Shown in pieces: positions 1 to 11,500 of a stretch of 64,000 nucleotides of DNA; the stretch's first letter is position 1, and each line of letters starts with the position of its first letter. Under the pieces are notes generated by a model. It had not been told where the DNA came from. It ran no database searches and saw only the letters and a list, made by a program, of their open reading frames with translations. Source of the stretch: Eledone cirrhosa (Eukaryota); assembly GCA_964016885.1 (NCBI GenBank), contig OZ024744.1, positions 2,852,001 through 2,916,000 on the forward strand, in the 5' to 3' direction. The position numbers and the translations under genes were made by a program.

Positions 1-3000
1 TGAAGAACGAAGTTTTGGGGGAAGACAAGGTAGAGAAAGATAGCTTGGTGAAGAACGAAGTTTTGAGGGAAGACAAGGTAGAGAAAGATAGCTTGGTGAA
101 TAACGAAGTTTTGGGAGAAGACAAGGTAGAGAAAGATAGCTTGGTGAAGAACGACGTTTTGAGGGAAGACAAGGTAGAGAAAGATAGCTTGGTGAAGAAC
201 GAAGTTTTGTGGGAAGACAAGGTAGAGAAAGATAGCTTGGTGAAGAACGAAGTTTTGAGGGAAGACAAGGTAGAGAAAGATAGCTTGGTGAATAACGAAG
301 TTTTGGGAGAAGACAAGGTAGAGAAAGATAGCTTGGTGAAGAACGACGTTTTGAGGGAAGACAAGGTAGAGAAAGATAGCTTGGTGAAGAACGAAGTTTT
401 GTGGGAAGACAAGGTAGAGAAAGATAGCTTGGTGAAGAACGACGTTTTGGTGGAAGACAAGGTAGAGAAAGATAGCTTGGTGAAGAACGATGTTTTGGGG
501 AAGACAATGTAGAGAAAGATAGCTTGGTGAAGAACGAAGTTTTGGGGGAAGACAAGGTAGAGAAAGATAGCTTGGTGAATAACGAAGTTTTGGGAGAAGA
601 CAAGGTAGAGAAAGATAGTTGGTGAAGAACGAAGTTTTGAGTGAAGACAAGGTAGAGAAAGATAGCTTGGTGAAGAACGACGTTTTGAGGGAAGACAAGG
701 TAGAGAAAGATAGCTTGGTGAAGAACGACGTTTTGTGGGAAGACAAGGTAGAGAAAGATAGCTTGGTGAAGAACGAAGTTTTGGGGGAAGACAAGGTAGA
801 GAAAGATAGCTTGGTGAAGAACGAAGTTTTGGGGAAGGCAATGTAGAGAAAGATAGATTGGTGAAGAACGAAGTTTTGGGGGAAGACAAGGTAGAGAAAG
901 ATAGCTTGGTGAAGAACGAAGTTTTGAGGGAAGACAAGGTAGAGAAAGATAGCTTGGTGAATAACGAAGTTTTGGGAGAAGACAAGGTAGAGAAAGATAG
1001 CTTGGTGAAGAACGACGTTTTGAGGGAAGACAAGGTAGAGAAAGATAGCTTGGTGAAGAACGAAGTTTTGGGGGAAGACAAGGTAGAGAAAGATAGCTTG
1101 GTGAAGAACGAAGTTTTGGGGGAAGACAAGGTAGAGAAAGATAGCTTGGTGAAGAACGAAGTTTTGGGGGAAGACAAGGTAGAGAAAGATAGCTTGGTGA
1201 AGAACGAAGTTTTGGGGAAGACAATGTAGAGAAAGATAGCTTGGTGAAGAACGAAGATTTGGGGGAAGACAAGGTAGAGAAAGATAGCTTGGTGAAGAAC
1301 GAAGTTTTGGGAGAAGACAAGGTAGAGAAAGATAGCTTGGTGAAGAACGAAGTTTTGAGGGAAGACAAGGTAGAGAAAGATAGCTTGGTGAAGAACGACG
1401 TTTTGAGGGAAGACAAGGTAGAGAAAGATAGCTTGGTGAAGAACGACGTTTTGTGGGAAGACAAGGTAGAGAAAGATAGCTTGGTGAAGAACGAAGTTTT
1501 GGGGGAAGACAAGGTAGAGAAAGATAGCTTGGTGAAGAACGGAGTTTTGGGGGAAGACAAGGTAGAGAAAGATAGCTTGGTGAAGAACGAAGTTTTGGGG
1601 GAAGACAAGGTAGAGAAAGATAGCTTGGTGAAGAACGAAGTTTTGTGGAAGACAATGTAGAGAAAGATAGCTTGGTGAAGAACGAAGTTTTGGGGAAGAC
1701 AATGTAGAGAAAGATAGCTTGGTGAAGAACGAAGTTTTGGGGGAAGACAAGGTAGAGAAAGATAGCTTGGTGAAGAACGAAGTTTTGGGAGAAGACAAGG
1801 TGGAGAAAGATAGCTTGGTGAAGAACGAAGTTTTGAGGGAAGACAAGGTAGAGAAAGATAGCTTGGTGAAGAACGACGTTTTGAGGGAAGACAAGGTAGA
1901 GAAAGATAGCTTGGTGAAGAACGACGTTTTGTGGGAAGACAAGGTAGAGAAAGATAGCTTGGTGAAGAACGAAGTTTTGGGGGAAGACAAGGTAGAGAAA
2001 GATAGCTTGGTGAAGAACGAAGTTTTGGGGGAAGACAAGGTAGAGAAAGATAGCTTGGTGAAGAACGAAGTTTTGTGGGAAGACAAGGTAGAGAAAGATA
2101 GCTTGGTGAAGAACGAAGTTTTGGGGAAGACAATGTAGAGAAAGATAGCTTGGTGAAGAACGAAGTTTTGGGGGAAGACAAGGTAGAGAAAGATAGCTTG
2201 GTGACTAACGAAATTTTGGGAGAAGACAAGGTCGAGAAAGATAGCTTGGTGAAGAACGAAATTTTGAGGGAAGACAAGGTAGAGAAAGATAGCTTGGTGA
2301 AGAACGACGTTTTGGTGGAAGACAAGGTAGAGAAAGATAGCTTGGTGAAGAACGATGTTTTGGGGAAGACAATGTAGAGCAAGATAGCTTGGTGAAGAAC
2401 GAAGTTTTGGGGGAAGACAAGGTAGAGAAAGATAGCTTGGTGAAGAACGACGTTTTGAGGGAAGACAAGGTAGAGAAAGATAGCTTGGTGAAGAACGACG
2501 TTTTGTGGGAAGACAAGGTAGAGAAAGATAGCTTGGTGAAGAACGAAGTTTTGGGGGAAGACAAGGTAGAGAAAGATAGCTTGGTGAAGAACGGAGTTTT
2601 GGGGGAAGACAAGGTAGAGAAAGATAGCTTGGTGAAGAACGAAGTTTTGGGGGAAGACAAGGTAGAGAAAGATAGCTTGGTGAAGAACGAAGTTTTGTGG
2701 AAGACAATGTAGAGAAAGATAGCATGGTGAAGAACGAAGTTTTGGGCAAGACAATGTAGAGAAAGATAGCTTGGTGAAGAACGAAGTTTTGGGGGAAGAC
2801 AAGGTAGAGAAAGATAGCTTGGTGAAGAACGAAGTTTTGGGAGAAGACAAGGTAGAGAAAGATAGCTTGGTGAAGAACGAAGTTTTGAGGGAAGACAAGG
2901 TAGAGAAAGATAGCTTGGTGAAGAACGACCTTTTGAGGGAAGACAAGGTAGAGAAAGATAGCTTGGTGAAGAACGACGTTTTGTGGGAAGACAAGGTAGA

Positions 3001-3967
3001 GAAAGATAGCTTGGTGAAGAACGAAGTTTTGGGGGAAGACAAGGTAGAGAAAGATAGCTTGGTGAAGAACGAAGTTTTGGGGGAAGACAAGGTAGAGAAA
3101 GATAGCTTGGTGAAGAACGAAGTTTTGTGGGAAGACAAGGTAGAGAAAGATAGCTTGGTGAAGAACAAAGTTTTGGGGGAAGACAATGTAGAGAAAGATA
3201 GCTTGGTGAAGAACGAAGTTTTGGGGGAAGACAAGGTAGAGAAAGATAGCTTGGTGAATAACGAAATTTTGGGAGAAGACAAGGTCGAGAAAGATAGCTT
3301 GGTGAAGAACGAAATTTTGAGGGAAGACAAGGTAGAGAAAGATAGCTTGGTGAAGAACGACGTTTTGGTGGAAGACAAGGTAGAGAAAGATAGCTTGGTG
3401 AAGAACGATGTTTTGGGGAAGACAATGTAGAGAAAGATAGCTTGGTGAAGAATGAAGTTTTGGGGGAAGACAAGGTAGAGAAAGATAGCTTGGTGAAGAA
3501 CGAAGTTTTGAGGGAAGACAAGGTAGAGAAAGATAGCTTGGTGAATAACGAAGTTTTGGGAGAAGACAAGGTAGAGAAAGATAGTTGGTGAAGAACGAAG
3601 TTTTGAGGGAAGACAAGGTAGAGAAAGATAGCTTGGTGAAGAACGACGTTTTGAGGGAAGACAAGGTAGAGAAAGATAGCTTGGTGAAGAACGACGTTTT
3701 GTGGGAAGACAAGGTAGAGAAAGATAGCTTGGTGAAGAACGAAGTTTTGGGGGAAGACAAGGTAGAGAAAGATAGCTTGGTGAAGAACGAAGTTTTGGGG
3801 AAGACAATGTAGAGAAAGATAGCTTGGTGAAGAACGAAGTTTTGGGGGAAGACAAGGTAGAGAAAGATAGCTTGGTGAAGAACGACGTTTTGAGGGAAGA
3901 CAAGGTAGAGAAAGATAGCTTGGTGAAGAACGACGTTTTGTGGGAAGACAAGGTAGAGAAAGATAGC

Positions 3968-6900
3968 TTGGTGAAGAACGAAGTTTTGGGGGAAGACAAG
4001 GTAGAGAAAGATAGCTTGGTGAAGAACGAAGTTTTGGGGGTAGACAAGGTAGAGAAAGATAGCTTGGTGAAGAACGAAGTTTTGTGGGAAGACAAGGTAG
4101 AGAAAGATAGCTTGGTGAAGAACGAAGTTTTGGGGAAGACAATGTAGAGAAAGATAGCTTGGTGAAGAACGAAGTTTTGGGGGAAGACAAGGTAGAGAAA
4201 GATAGCTTGGTGAATAACGAAATTTTGGGAGAAGACAAGGTCGAGAAAGATAGCTTGGTGAAGAACGAAATGTTGAGGGAAGACAAGGTAGAGAAAGATA
4301 GCTTGGTGAAGAACGACGTTTTGGGGAAGACAATGTGGAGAAAGATAGCTTGGTGAAGAACGAAGTTTTGGGGGAAGACAAGGTAGAGAAAGATAGCTTG
4401 GTGAAGAACGACGTTTTGAGGGAAGACAAGGTATAGAAAGATAGCTTGGTGAAGAACGACGTTTTGGTGGAAGACAAGGTAGAGAAAGATAGCTTGGTGA
4501 AGAACGATGTTTTGGGGAAGACAATGTAGAGAAAGATAGCTTGGTGAAGAACGAAGTTTTGGGGGAAGACAAGGTAGAGAAAGATAGCTTGGTGAAGAAC
4601 GAAGTTTTGAGGGAAGACAAGGTAGAGAAAGATAGCTTGGTGAATAACGAAGTTTTGGGAGAAGACAAGGTAGAGAAAGATAGTTGGTGAAGAACGAAGT
4701 TTTGAGGGAAGACAAGGTAGAGAAAGATAGCTTGGTGCAGAACGACATTTTGAGGGAAGACAAAGTAGAGAAAGATAGCTTGGTGAAGAACGACGTTTTG
4801 TGGGAAGACAAGGTAGAGAAAGATAGCTTGGTGAAGAACGAAGTTTTGGGTGAAGACAAGGTAGAGAAAGATAGCTTGGTGAAGAACGAAGTTTTGGGGA
4901 AGACAATGTAGAGAAAGATAGCTTGGTGAAGAACGAAGTTTTGGGGGAAGACAAGGTAGAGAAAGATAGCTTGGTGAAGAACGAAGTTTTGAGGGAAGAC
5001 AAGGTAGAGAAAGATAGCTTGGTGAATAACGAAGTTTTGGGAGAAGACAAGGTAGAGAAAGATAGCTTGGTGAAGAACGACGTTTTGAGGGAAGACAAGG
5101 TAGAGAAAGATAGCTTGGTGAAGAACGAAGTTTTGTGGGAAGACAAGGTAGAGAAAGATAGCTTGGTGAAGAACGAAGTTTTGAGGGAAGACAAGGTAGA
5201 GAAAGATAGCTTGGTGAATAACGAAGTTTTGGGAGAAGACAAGGTAGAGAAAGATAGCTTGGTGAAGAACGACGTTTTGAGGGAAGACAAGGTAGAGAAA
5301 GATAGCTTGGTGAAGAACGAAGTTTTGTGGGAAGACAAGTTAGAGAAAGATAGCTTGGTGAAGAACGAAGTTTTGGGGAAGACAATGTAGAGAAAGATAG
5401 CTTGGTGAAGAACGAAGTTTTGAGGGAAGACAAGGTAGAGAAAGATAGCTTGGTGAATAACGAAGTTTTTGGAGAAGACAAGGTAGAGAAAGATAGTTGG
5501 TGAAGAACGAAGTTTTGAGGGAAGACAAGGTAGAGAAAGATAGCTTGGTGAAGAACGACGTTTTGAGGGAAGACAAGGTAGAGAAAGATAGCTTGGTGAA
5601 GAACGACGTTTTGTGGGAAGACAAGGTAGAGAAAGATAGCTTGGTGAAGAACGAAGTTTTGGGGGAAGACAAGGTAGAGAAAGATAGCTTGGTAAAGAAC
5701 GAAGTTTTGGGGAAGGCAATGTAGAGAAAGATAGATTGGTGAAGAACGAAGTTTTGGGGGAAGACAAGGTAGAGAAAGATAGCTTGGTGAAGAACGAAGT
5801 TTTGAGGGAAGACAAGGTAGAGAAAGTTAGCTTGGTGAAGAACGAAGTTTTGGGGGAAGACAAGGTAGAGAAAGATAGCTTGGTGAAGAACGAAGTTTTG
5901 GGGGAAGACAAGGTAGAGAAAGATAGCTTGGTGAAGAACGAAGTTTTGTGGGAAGACAAGGTAGAGAAAGATAGCTTGGTGAAGAACGAAGTTTTGGGGA
6001 AGACAATGTAGAGAAAGATAGCTTGGTGAAGAACGAAGTTTTGGGGGAAGACAAGGTAGAGAAAGATAGCTTGGTGAATAACGAAATTTTGGGAGAAGAC
6101 AAGGTCGAGAAAGATAGCTTGGTGAAGAACGAAATGTTGAGGGAAGACAAGGTAGAGAAAGATAGCTTGGTGAAGAACGACGTTTTGGGGAAGACAATGT
6201 AGAGAAAGATAGCTTGGTGAAGAACGAAGTTTTGGGGGAAGACAAGGTAGAGAAAGATAGCTTGGTGAAGAACGACGTTTTGAGGGAAGACAAGGTATAG
6301 AAAGATAGCTTGGTGAAGAACGACGTTTTGGTGGAAGACAAGGTAGAGAAAGATAGCTTGGTGAAGAACGATGTTTTGGGGAAGACAATGTAGAGAAAGA
6401 TAGCTTGGTGAAGAACGAAGTTTTGGGGGAAGACAAGGTAGAGAAAGATAGCTTGGTGAAGAACGAAGTTTTGAGGGAAGACAAGGTAGAGAAAGATAGC
6501 TTGGTGAATAACGAAGTTTTGGGAGAAGACAAGGTAGAGAAAGATAGTTGGTGAAGAACGAAGTTTTGAGGGAAGACAAGGTAGAGAAAGATAGCTTGGT
6601 GCAGAACGACATTTTGAGGGAAGACAAAGTAGAGAAAGATAGCTTGGTGAAGAACGACGTTTTGTGGGAAGACAAGGTAGAGAAATATAGCTTGGTGAAG
6701 AACGAAGTTTTGGGTGAAGACAAGGTAGAGAAAGATAGCTTGGTGAAGAACGAAGTTTTGGGGAAGACAATGTAGAGAAAGATAGCTTGGTGAAGAACGA
6801 AGTTTTGGGGGAAGACAAGGTAGAGAAAGATAGCTTGGTGAAGAACGAAGTTTTGAGGGAAGACAAGGTAGAGAAAGATAGCTTGGTGAATAACGAAGTT

Positions 6901-7695
6901 TTGGGAGAAGACAAGGTAGAGAAAGATAGCTTGGTGAAGAACGACGTTTTGAGGGAAGACAAGGTAGAGAAAGATAGCTTGGTGAAGAACGAAGTTTTGT
7001 GGGAAGACAAGGTAGAGAAAGATAGCTTGGTGAAGAACGAAGTTTTGAGGGAAGACAAGGTAGAGAAAGATAGCTTGGTGAATAACGAAGTTTTGGGAGA
7101 AGACAAGGTAGAGAAAGATAGCTTGGTGAAGAACGACGTTTTGAGGGAAGACAAGGTAGAGAAAGATAGCTTGGTGAAGAACGAAGTTTTGTGGGAAGAC
7201 AAGGTAGAGAAAGATAGCTTGGTGAAGAACGAAGTTTTGGGGAAGACAATGTAGAGAAAGATAGCTTGGTGAAGAACGAAGTTTTGAGGGAAGACAAGGT
7301 AGAGAAAGATAGCTTGGTGAATAACGAAGTTTTTGGAGAAGACAAGGTAGAGAAAGATAGTTGGTGAAGAACGAAGTTTTGAGGGAAGACAAGGTAGAGA
7401 AAGATAGCTTGGTGAAGAACGACGTTTTGAGGGAAGACAAGGTAGAGAAAGATAGCTTGGTGAAGAACGACGTTTTGTGGGAAGACAAGGTAGAGAAAGA
7501 TAGCTTGGTGAAGAACGAAGTTTTGGGGGAAGACAAGGTAGAGAAAGATAGCTTGGTAAAGAACGAAGTTTTGGGGAAGGCAATGTAGAGAAAGATAGAT
7601 TGGTGAAGAACGAAGTTTTGGGGGAAGACAAGGTAGAGAAAGATAGCTTGGTGAAGAACGAAGTTTTGAGGGAAGACAAGGTAGAGAAAGATAGC
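3968..7695. repeat. Tandem higher-order repeat, period 1864 bp (39 monomers), 2 copies
   Basis: Constant ORF offsets: 4684->6548, 4923->6787, 5497->7361. Shared rare markers include GTATAG (about 4431/6295), GTGCAGAAC (about 4735/6599) and TTTTTGGAGAAG (about 5466/7330). Confidence 0.9.
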
Positions 7696-8509
7696 TTGGT
7701 GAAGAACGACGTTTTGGGGAAGACAATGTAGAGAAAGATAGCTTGGTGAAGAACGAAGTTTTGGGGGAAGACAAGGTAGAGAAAGATAGCTTGGTGAAGA
7801 ACGACGTTTTGAGGGAAGACAAGGTATAGAAAGATAGCTTGGTGAAGAACGACGTTTTGGTGGAAGACAAGGTAGAGAAAGATAGCTTGGTGAAGAACGA
7901 TGTTTTGGGGAAGACAATGTAGAGAAAGATAGCTTGGTGAAGAACGAAGTTTTGTGGGAAGACAAGGTAGAGAAAGATAGCTTGGTGAAGAACGAAGTTT
8001 TGGGGGAAGACAAGGTAGAGAAAGATAGCTTGGTGAATAACGAAGTTTTGGGAGAAGACAAGGTAGAGAAAGATAGTTGGTGAAGAACGAAGTTTTGAGG
8101 GAAGACAAGGTAGAGAAAGATAGCTTGGTGCAGAACGACATTTTGAGGGAAGACAAAGTAGAGAAAGATAGCTTGGTGAAGAACGACGTTTTGTGGGAAG
8201 ACAAGGTAGAGAAATATAGCTTGGTGAAGAACGAAGTTTTGGGTGAAGACAAGGTAGAGAAAGATAGCTTGGTGAAGAACGAAGTTTTGGGGAAGACAAT
8301 GTAGAGAAAGATAGCTTGGTGAAGAACGAAGTTTTGGGGGAAGACAAGGTAGAGAAAGATAGCTTGGTGAAGAACGAAGTTTTGAGGGAAGACAAGGTAG
8401 AGAAAGATAGCTTGGTGAATAACGAAGTTTTGGGAGAAGACAAGGTAGAGAAAGATAGCTTGGTGAAGAACGACGTTTTGAGGGAAGACAAGGTAGAGAA
8501 AGATAGCTT

Positions 8510-11500
8510 GGTGAAGAACGAAGTTTTGAGGGAAGACAAGGTAGAGAAAGATAGCTTGGTGAATAACGAAGTTTTGGGAGAAGACAAGGTAGAGAAAGAT
8601 AGCTTGGTGAAGAACGACGTTTTGAGGGAAGACAAGGTAGAGAAAGATAGCTTGGTGAAGAACGAAGTTTTGTGGGAAGACAAGGTAGAGAAAGATAGCT
8701 TGGTGAAGAACGAAGTTTTGGGGAAGACAATGTAGAGAAAGATAGCTTGGTGAAGAACGAAGTTTTGAGGGAAGACAAGGTAGAGAAAGATAGCTTGGTG
8801 AATAACGAAGTTTTTGGAGAAGACAAGGTAGAGAAAGATAGTTGGTGAAGAACGAAGTTTTGAGGGAAGACAAGGTAGAGAAAGATAGCTTGGTGAAGAA
8901 CGACGTTTTGAGGGAAGACAAGGTAGAGAAAGATAGCTTGGTGAAGAACGACGTTTTGTGGGAAGACAAGGTAGAGAAAGATAGCTTGGTGAAGAACGAA
9001 GTTTTGGGGGAAGACAAGGTAGAGAAAGATAGCTTGGTAAAGAACGAAGTTTTGGGGAAGGCAATGTAGAGAAAGATAGATTGGTGAAGAACGAAGTTTT
9101 GGGGGAAGACAAGGTAGAGAAAGATAGCTTGGTGAAGAACGAAGTTTTGAGGGAAGACAAGGTAGAGAAAGATAGCTTGGTGAATAACGAAGTTTTGGGA
9201 GAAGACAAGGTAGAGAAAGATAGCTTGGTGAAGAACGACGTTTTGAGGGAAGACAAGGTAGAGAAAGATAGCTTGGTGAAGAACGAAGTTTTGGGGGAAG
9301 ACAAGGTAGAGAAAGATAGCTTGGTGAAGAACGAAGTTTTGGGGGAAGACAAGGTAGAGAAAGATAGCTTGGTGAAGAACGAAGTTTTGGGGGAAGACAA
9401 GGTAGAGAAAGATAGCTTGGTGAAGAACGAAGTTTTGGGGAAGACAATGTAGAGAAAGATAGCTTGGTGAAGAACGAAGATTTGGGGGAAGACAAGGTAG
9501 AGAAAGATAGCTTGGTGAAGAACGAAGTTTTGGGAGAAGACAAGGTAGAGAAAGATAGCTTGGTGAAGAACGAAGTTTTGAGGGAAGACAAGGTAGAGAA
9601 AGATGCTTGGTGAAGAACGACGTTTTGAGGGAAGACAAGGTAGAGAAAGATAGCTTGGTGAAGAACGACGTTTTGTGGGAAGACAAGGTAGAGAAAGATA
9701 GCTTGGTGAAGAACGAAGTTTTGGGGGAAGACAAGGTAGAGAAAGATAGCTTGGTGAAGAACGGAGTTTTGGGGGAAGACAAGGTAGAGAAAGATAGCTT
9801 GGTGAAGAACGAAGTTTTGGGGGAAGACAAGGTAGAGAAAGATAGCTTGGTGAAGAACGAAGTTTTGTGGAAGACAATGTAGAGAAAGATAGCTTGGTGA
9901 AGAGCGAAATGTTGAGGGAAGACAAGGTAGAGAAAGATAGCTTGGTGAAGAACGACGTTTTGGTGGAAGACAAGGTAGAGAAAGATAGCTTGGTGAAGAA
10001 CGATGTTTTGGGGAAGACAATGTAGAGAAAGATAGCTTGGTGAAGAACGAAGTTTTGGGGGAAGACAAGGTAGAGAAAGATAGCTTGGTGAAGAACGACG
10101 TTTTGAGGGAAGACAAGGTAGAGAAAGATAGCTTGGTGAAGAACGACGTTTTGGTGGAAGACAAGGTAGAGAAAGATAGCTTGGTGAAGAACGATGTTTT
10201 GGGGAAGACAATGTAGAGAAAGATAGCTTGGTGAAGAACGAAGTTTTGGGGGAAGACAAGGTAGAGAAAGATAGCTTGGTGAAGAACGAAGTTTTGAGGG
10301 AAGACAAGGTAGAGAAAGATAGCTTGGTGAATAACGAAGTTTTGGGAGAAGACAAGGTAGAGAAAGATAGTTGGTGAAGAACGAAGTTTTGAGGGAAGAC
10401 AAGGTAGAGAAAGATAGCTTGGTGCAGAACGACATTTTGAGGGAAGACAAAGTAGAGAAAGATAGCTTGGTGAAGAACGACGTTTTGTGGGAAGACAAGG
10501 TAGAGAAAGATAGCTTGGTGAAGAACGAAGTTTTGGGTGAAGACAAGGTAGAGAAAGATAGCTTGGTGAAGAACGAAGTTTTGGGGAAGACAATGTAGAG
10601 AAAGATAGCTTGGTGAAGAACGAAGTTTTGGGGGAAGACAAGGTAGAGAAAGATAGCTTGGTGAAGAACGAAGTTTTGAGGGAAGACAAGGTAGAGAAAG
10701 ATAGCTTGGTGAATAACGAAGTTTTGGGAGAAGACAAGGTAGAGAAAGATAGCTTGGTGAAGAACGACGTTTTGAGGGAAGACAAGGTAGAGAAAGATAG
10801 CTTGGTGAAGAACGAAGTTTTGTGGGAAGACAAGGTAGAAAAAGATAGCTTGGTGAAGAACGAAGTTTTGAGGGAAGACAAGGTAGAGAAAGATAGCTTG
10901 GTGAATAACGAAGTTTTGGGAGAAGACAAGGTAGAGAAAGATAGCTTGGTGAAGAACGACGTTTTGAGGGAAGACAAGGTAGAGAAAGATAGCTTGGTGA
11001 AGAACGAAGTTTTGTGGGAAGACAAGGTAGAGAAAGATAGCTTGGTGAAGAACGAAGTTTTGGGGAAGACAATGTAGAGAAAGATAGCTTGGTGAAGAAC
11101 GAAGTTTTGAGGGAAGACAAGGTAGAGAAAGATAGCTTGGTGAATAACGAAGTTTTGGGAGAAGACAAGGTAGAGAAAGATAGTTGGTGAAGAACGAAGT
11201 TTTGAGGGAAGACAAGGTAGAGAAAGATAGCTTGGTGAAGAACGACGTTTTGAGGGAAGACAAGGTAGAGAAAGATAGCTTGGTGAAGAACGACGTTTTG
11301 TGGGAAGACAAGGTAGAGAAAGATAGCTTGGTGAAGAACGAAGTTTTGGGGGAAGACAAGGTAGAGAAAGATAGCTTGGTAAAGAACGAAGTTTTGGGGA
11401 AGGCAATGTAGAGAAAGATAGATTGGTGAAGAACGAAGTTTTGGGGAAGACAAGGTAGAGAAAGATAGCTTGGTGAAGAACGAAGTTTTGAGGGAAGACA

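Noticed and set aside
13-21. True telomeric repeat tract or canonical G-quadruplex
   Set aside because: TTTTGGGG occurs once per 48 bp and not in tandem. The G-runs are about 43 nt apart and often interrupted, which does not fit a telomerase tract or a standard G4 motif.
493-512. Programmed frameshifting or G-insertion editing at T TTG GGG that would fuse the + ORFs into one giant protein
   Set aside because: The site is not a canonical slippery heptamer (Y=G), and the same site occurs in intact monomers. Other deletion types and in-frame nonsense alleles (about 4434, 21085, 33161, 41661, 52490) would still break the frame. Reassigning TAG alone does not help, because the shifted frame also contains TGA.
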